From Eledone cirrhosa (taxonomy: Eukaryota), in contig OZ024752.1 in assembly GCA_964016885.1 (NCBI GenBank), positions 3,596,001 to 3,660,000 of the forward strand: 64,000 nucleotides of DNA. Reading direction: 5' to 3'. The notes under the pieces were generated by a model, which worked only from the letters and a program-made list of their open reading frames with translations, searched no databases and was not told the origin of the DNA. Below are positions 57,603 through 64,000 of the stretch, one piece after another. A program made the position numbers and the translations under genes. How positions within the stretch are numbered: position 1 is the stretch's first letter; every line of letters starts with the position of its first letter.

Positions 57603-57700
57603 TGACTTTGCCTTTCATCCTTACGGGGTCGATAACATAAAGTACCAGTAATGCACTGGGTAATTGCTGGCCTTGTGCCAATAGTAGAAACAATTATTAT
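57603..57700 (+). mobile_element. SINE 3' half
   Basis: ACTTTGCCTTTCATCCTTACGGGGTCGATAAC...GTAGAAACAATTATTA. Confidence 0.85.
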
Positions 57701-58062
57701 CATGTCTAAAGAATCGCTCAATATCTCATCTGATCACTAATTCAAACATCATTATTTCGAACCATTAATACAGCGTTATTTTAAGGGCTGTCTCTAGTTA
57801 TTTCACTTAGTCTATTTATGTCAGCCAGTCTTATTACACAAACACGCTGCACACACACGCTACACACACACACACAAACACCACACCACACATACACGCA
57901 CACACACGCACACGCACACACACGCACACACACACACACACACACGCACACACGCACGCACACACGCACACACACACACACACACACGCACACACGCACA
58001 CACGCACACACACGCACACACACGCACACACGCACGCACGCACGCACACACACCCACACACA

Positions 58063-58169
<107 letters not shown>

Positions 58170-58272
58170 ATATATATAATTATAAGTTTGAAGAACAGGC
58201 AGATAAATGTTTATCAATATTCCTCAAATTAGGTGAATTTTATCTGCCTGCTCTTCAAACTTCTAATTTTAT

Positions 58273-58495
58273 AAATTAGGTAGTAACATGTGCTTATGCC
58301 GTATTTGACTAAATAGAATTAGTCTGTTAGTTGGGATTGTTAAAAAACCCTCTGAATGGAAAAAAGGATGAGTATCGACGTACATAGGCTACGAACCGAC
58401 ATATTTGGTTTGCTGGACCAATGTGTATCCATTACACCAAAAAGTCACCCATGATTGTGTCAAATACGGCATAAACACATGTTACTACCTAATTT
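58273..58495. mobile_element. Element with 37 bp inverted termini, related to the 63546 palindrome
   Basis: AAATTAGGTAGTAACATGTGCTTATGCCGTATTTGAC / GTCAAATACGGCATAAACACATGTTACTACCTAATTT. Confidence 0.7.
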
Positions 58496-58579
58496 TCAAA
58501 TTCAGTAGCGGTTTCTAAACAAAGCCCTTTCTGTATCTCCCTATCTATATATATATTTTTAATATTCTGTATTTTTGTA

Positions 58580-58589
<10 letters not shown>

Positions 58590-58623
<34 letters not shown>

Positions 58624-58684
58624 ATATATGTATATATATATAGATATGTGAGTGTGTGTATAAATATAGATATGTGTGTGTGTG

Positions 58685-58746
<62 letters not shown>

Positions 58747-58766
58747 TATGTGTATATATACATATA

Positions 58767-58829
<63 letters not shown>

Positions 58830-58863
58830 GTGTGTATACATATATATGTGTGTATATATAAGT

Positions 58864-58922
<59 letters not shown>

Positions 58923-58942
58923 TATGTGTATATATACATATA

Positions 58943-59001
<59 letters not shown>

Positions 59002-59039
59002 GTGTGTATACATATATATGTGTGTATATATAAGTATAC

Positions 59040-59086
<47 letters not shown>

Positions 59087-59407
59087 CATAAATATATACA
59101 TATATATATACATATATGTATACATATATATACACACATATATATAATATATATATATACATATATGTATACATATATATACACATATATATATATATAC
59201 AGATATATATGTATACATATATATACACACATATATATAATATATATACATATATGTATACATATATATACACATATATATATATACAGATATATATGTA
59301 TACATATATATACACACATATATTTATACACATATATATATATACATATATATATATGTATACATATATAGATATATACATATATATACATATATAGATA
59401 TATACAT

Positions 59408-59446
<39 letters not shown>

Positions 59447-59450
59447 TATC

Positions 59451-59518
<68 letters not shown>
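58590..59518. repeat. Degenerate (TA)n expansion with internal higher-order repeats
   Basis: Directly visible. Confidence 0.95.
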
Positions 59519-59524
<6 letters not shown>

Positions 59525-59527
<3 letters not shown>

Positions 59528-59703
59528 TTTTTATTTTATAGAAGGAGCTTCTACAGGACTAGTACTGTTTCGTTCAGATTTCATCTGAACGAAACAGTAC
59601 TAGTCCTGTAGAAGCTCCTTCTATAAAATAAAAAAAATTTTACTCTGCCATGTATTGAGTACCTTACTTACTGTGGTTATCCCCGACTCAACCCGGGACC
59701 TAC

Positions 59704-59704
<1 letters not shown>
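59525..59704. mobile_element. Perfect 113 bp fold-back (3 nt loop) of a half hammerhead plus extension
   Basis: 59525-59579 / 59583-59637; arm reads GAAA CAGTACTAGTCCTG TA GAAGC; homologous to 29372-29570. Confidence 0.85.
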
Positions 59705-59760
<56 letters not shown>

Positions 59761-59857
59761 CTGCAGTATAAGTTTGGTTGAAATATCCAAGGGTACGACA
59801 ACTCAGTCCATAGGGCGAGTTCAGTGTAATTAGTTAGAACAGTGACATGTTCAGTAA

Positions 59858-59909
59858 TATAGACTGAATGAGTTGGCGTGACTAGCCCAACGAAACTTAA
59901 GTGCCTGTA
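59858..59909 (+). ncRNA. Hammerhead-like variant
   Basis: TATAGA CTGAATGA GTTGG...CCAAC GAAA CTTAAG TG CCTGTA; extra core base and UG instead of UH. Confidence 0.55.
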
Positions 59910-59917
59910 TACATATG

Positions 59918-59999
<82 letters not shown>

Positions 60000-60427
60000 C
60001 CTAGGGATATATGTATATATTTAGACATAGTCACAGATACATATATGAGTGTGGCTACCGTTCATGATGACTGAAGGAGAATTAATTAAGCAAATAATCA
60101 TTAATCAGAGCTATATTTAAAATTACAATTTTGAAGAATTATTAGATAAAATATATACAGTCTTTCGTCTCCCTAGTCCGTAGAAATCAACCACATAAAT
60201 CATTTAACGAGGTTATAAGTTTAAAATGTAACTATGAAGAAATAATAGACAAATGATACTGCGAGGCACAGCCAGATATCTTCCGCGGGGGATAGCCAGA
60301 TAAAATTTATCTAGCCATTCATTTTAGCCCGTAGAAAATTACTAGACAAATAATCAACTAAACGGAGTTAGGCATAAAATAGAAGTTAGAAGAAAAAATG
60401 CATATAAACTTCACCAAAATTCCTCTA

Positions 60428-60513
60428 GTCTCGACTGCAGGCAGTTTCGTTCTTTTTATGCGGATATATCCGATCCTGGAACTATCCACGAGGCTTGGAA
60501 CTTATTAAGAGAC
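60428..60513 (-). ncRNA. Decayed hammerhead motif
   Basis: GTCTC TTAATAA GTTC...GAAC GAAA CTGC-CT-GCAG TC GAGAC; core differs from CTGATGA by three transitions. Confidence 0.6.
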
Positions 60514-60574
60514 GCCTCGAGTCTGGACTAAAATTTCTACCGTGATCCCCGCCAGTTCTTCAAACTTGCAATTT

Positions 60575-60698
<124 letters not shown>

Positions 60699-60789
60699 GT
60701 AATTCCGTCGGAAAGTACCAGGAAAAAAGAGTGCTCTATGTAGGTTACAGAGCTTAATAGTTATGTAATAAACAACATAAGATAATTAA

Positions 60790-60848
60790 TTCATTTACCA
60801 GTGGTTTCTTGAAAGCAAACAAAATTTGCTTTCAGTCATCAGAATGAA
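60790..60848 (-). ncRNA. Minimal type I hammerhead ribozyme, intact core
   Basis: TTCATT CTGATGA cTGAAAGCAAA-TTTTG-TTTGCTTTCAa GAAA CCACTGG TA AATGAA. Confidence 0.85.
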
Positions 60849-61154
60849 GAAATCCTGGTGTATTTATTGGCGTTGGATTTTAAAAACAAAAATATAATCT
60901 ATATGAAAGTGAGGCTGGGAAAGGAAGAAGGAAAGGAGAAAGATTAAGTATAAAAGTAGATAAACACACACGCGCACACACATATACATACACACATATA
61001 TATACATATACATATATATATATACACACATATATATATACATATACATACACATATATATACACGTACAAATACATATACATATATGCACACATATATA
61101 TCCACATATCCATACATACACATACACACAAATACACAAACACACACACACATG

Positions 61155-61185
<31 letters not shown>

Positions 61186-61439
61186 GCATAATCATACATA
61201 TATACACACGTACATACACACACATACATACACACACATATATATATATATACATATCATCACTGACATCATCATCGTCATCATTACCATCATCATCATC
61301 ATCATCATCATAGTCGTTGTCGTCGCCATACTTTCCGTCGCCATCATCATCGTCACCATGATCAACGTCATCTTCACTATCACCACCGCCGTAGGATTGT
61401 GATTATTTTCTGTTTATATGGGAGTATCCTTGTAAGGAT

Positions 61440-62012
61440 ATCTACGTATGTATGTATTTATGTATGTATATATGTTTATGTAAGTATGTATTATGTATGT
61501 GTGTATGTCTGTATCATGTATGTATACATATATATGTTTATGTATGTATATATGTGTGTGTGTGCATGAATGTGTATATATATGTATGTATTTATGTGTG
61601 TATGAATGTGTTTATATATGTATGTATTAATGTGTGTATGTATGTGTGTATTATGTATTATTTATGTAAATATATGTATGTTGGTATATATGTACCTGTA
61701 TGTATGTACGTATATATGTATATGTATGTATGTATGTATTTATGTACGTATGTTTCTATGTATATATGTGTGTATATATGTATGAATGTATCTACGTATC
61801 TACGTATCTACGTATCTACGTATGTATGTACGTATGTATGTACGTATGTATGTACGTATGTATGTACGTACATATGTACGTATGTATGTACGTACATATG
61901 TACGTATGTATGTACGTACGTATGTATGTACGTATGTATGTATGTACGTACGTATGTACATATGTACGTATGTACATATGTATGTATGTATATATGTATG
62001 TATGTATGTATG
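61440..62012. repeat. (TATG)n/(TACG) compound microsatellite
   Basis: Directly visible. Confidence 0.9.
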
Positions 62013-62417
62013 CATCTTTCTCTATTTTCAACTGAAAGTTATATTCAGTATTTTCCTCAATCTTCTCTGTATTTAGATTCTTTGATATCAGTCGTATTTT
62101 AACAATTCTGAATAATTTATATGTGATGCAGCTGAACCATGATATGATAGCTAAATATTGTCTAGCTCAAGTAGAGAACGGAGTTGTTTATATCTACAAC
62201 AAATAGATCGTACCAATTAAATGGAGAGTGAAATTTGATTTTTTCTAAACAAAACTTTCTATCGAAAAGTTAGTGGAAAATTTATATTTCTTCATTTAAA
62301 GAAACTCTCCACTTCTCTTCTTATTCTATAGCTTGTTTCTCTTTCCCTTTACCGATGCACACATACACGCTGGCGCGTCACCACAAACAGAAGCAATAAA
62401 CACACATTCACACATAC

Positions 62418-62498
<81 letters not shown>

Positions 62499-62710
62499 TG
62501 AAAAACATGACATTAAGGAGTCACATGACTCTTTTTAGCCTCTTACTATATATTTATATATATATATATATAATATATATAGAGTATATGTGTAAATGAA
62601 GTAATTCCGTCGGAAAAGTCCAGGAAAAAATAGTGCTCTATGTAGATCACAGAGCTTAATAGTTATTCTAAAAACCTTTAATCCAATATTAATAAATACA
62701 CCAGGATTTT

Positions 62711-62768
62711 TTCATTCTGCTGATTGAAAGCAACATTTTTGGTTTTTAAGAAACCACTGGTAAATGGA
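62711..62768 (+). ncRNA. Decayed paralogue of the 60790 hammerhead
   Basis: TTCATT CTGCTGA TTGAAAGCAAC...GGTTTTTAA GAAA CCACTGG TA AATGGA. Confidence 0.7.
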
Positions 62769-62798
62769 ATAATTGCCTTATGTTGTTTATTACATAAC

Positions 62799-62843
<45 letters not shown>

Positions 62844-62954
62844 TATAAATATATATATATATAACAAAGAGGGTGTGGTAAGATATCAGGTAGAGTGAGT
62901 AATAGAAAAAGAGTCTGTGTGTGCGCGTGTGTGAACTAGAAAATATTAATAGAT

Positions 62955-63142
62955 CCGGTGGATTGGCAGTATCGGTGAAGGGTCAGACGCCATGTTTTCC
63001 ACCAAGAATTAGGTCCGTTTACAGTCTGAGTTCAAATCCCGCCGAGGTTAACTTTGCCTTTCATCCTTACGGGGTCGATAAAATAAAGTACCAGTAATGC
63101 ACTGGGTATTTGCTGGCTTGTGCTAAAGTAGAAACAATTATT
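62955..63142 (+). mobile_element. tRNA-derived SINE, near full length
   Basis: CCGGTGGATTGGCAG head, GAGTTCAAATCC B box, core, tail. Confidence 0.88.
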
Positions 63143-63346
63143 CTTAACTCTGAAGCCGAGAATCATTCGGTTTCCTAAATAAAATATTAGTCTACGACTA
63201 TATTTATACCTTTAACATGCTTTTGTCTTTGCGTGTAATTGTTCCCCCGCTCTACATAATGACGTATTATGTTCGCTTTCTTCCGTTCATTGCCAGGGAA
63301 CGTCTTCACGAACCAAAGTATCGTCTTCCTATTTTCCTTCGGTTGC

Positions 63347-63465
63347 AACGTTTTTCGAAATATTTACTTCTGCGTTCACAGATTGATTTTTTTAGTTTCA
63401 GAAGATTATCTTAAGGGTGAAAGCAGCGATTCTTTGCTTAAACTTTAATCTGTTATTTTAAAAAA

Positions 63466-63500
<35 letters not shown>

Positions 63501-63899
63501 AGTAAGTATGTTGTATGTTTTGAAACAGTGAGCAGGTTTTAAATCAGAAAATATATAGCTTTCACCGTATTTTTGACTAAAGGAATTTTAGCCTGATAAT
63601 GGGGTTTAGAACCCTCAGATAAATGGAAAAAGATGAGTATTGTACGTCAATACTCATTGTACGTCAATACTCATCTTTTTCCATTTATCTGAGGGCTATA
63701 AACCCCATTATCAGGCTAAAATTCCTTTAGTCAAAAATACGGTGAAAGCTATATATTTTCTAATTATATACATATATATATATTAAAATAACAGATTAAT
63801 GTTTAAGCAAAGAATCGCTACTTTCGCCCTTAACGGGATCTTCTGAAACTAAAAAAAAATCAATCTGTGAACGCAGAAGTAAATATTTCGAAAAATGTT
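63347..63899. mobile_element. Nested inverted repeats: outer arms 63347-63461/63783-63899, inner palindrome 63546-63761
   Basis: Direct reverse-complement comparison; TA tracts separate the inner and outer arms. Confidence 0.88.
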
Positions 63900-63916
63900 A
63901 CTCACTATATACATAT

Positions 63917-64000
63917 ACTAGCTGAGGTACCCAGCTTCGCCAAGGTTAACAAATGATAAGAGAAGACCGGCAGAAGAGAATACGTCTGTATTGAATGCAT
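63917..64000 (-). mobile_element. Possible Helitron-type 3' end
   Basis: Minus strand CCTTGG-CGAAG-CTGGG hairpin followed shortly by CTAG|T. Confidence 0.35.

Overview
AT-rich, repeat-dense animal DNA. The SINE families and (TA)n load suggest a cephalopod such as Octopus, but this is inference. No host protein-coding exon can be supported, and nearly all listed ORFs are microsatellite translations. The real coding signal is retroelement-derived: a 5'-truncated CR1-group RT with an uninterrupted frame (19384-20924), two Tx1/L1-like fragments, RTE and CRE-like fragments, and five 3' remnants of Penelope-like (GIY-YIG) elements. The main hidden feature is a dense population of short elements inserted in (TA)n tracts that carry minimal type I hammerhead ribozyme motifs (stem I-CUGANGA-stem II-GAAA-short, often palindromic stem III-UH-stem I). 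About 18 intact or decayed copies from several unrelated sequence families were read by eye. Many sit in fold-back palindromes of 0.1-2.3 kb with one outward-facing ribozyme per arm and one arm lacking the terminal ~35-110 bp. The largest palindrome (16096-18426) folds back within the last codons of a Penelope-like ORF, which ties these structures to PLE retrotransposition. All folds and alignments were done manually and need computational confirmation.
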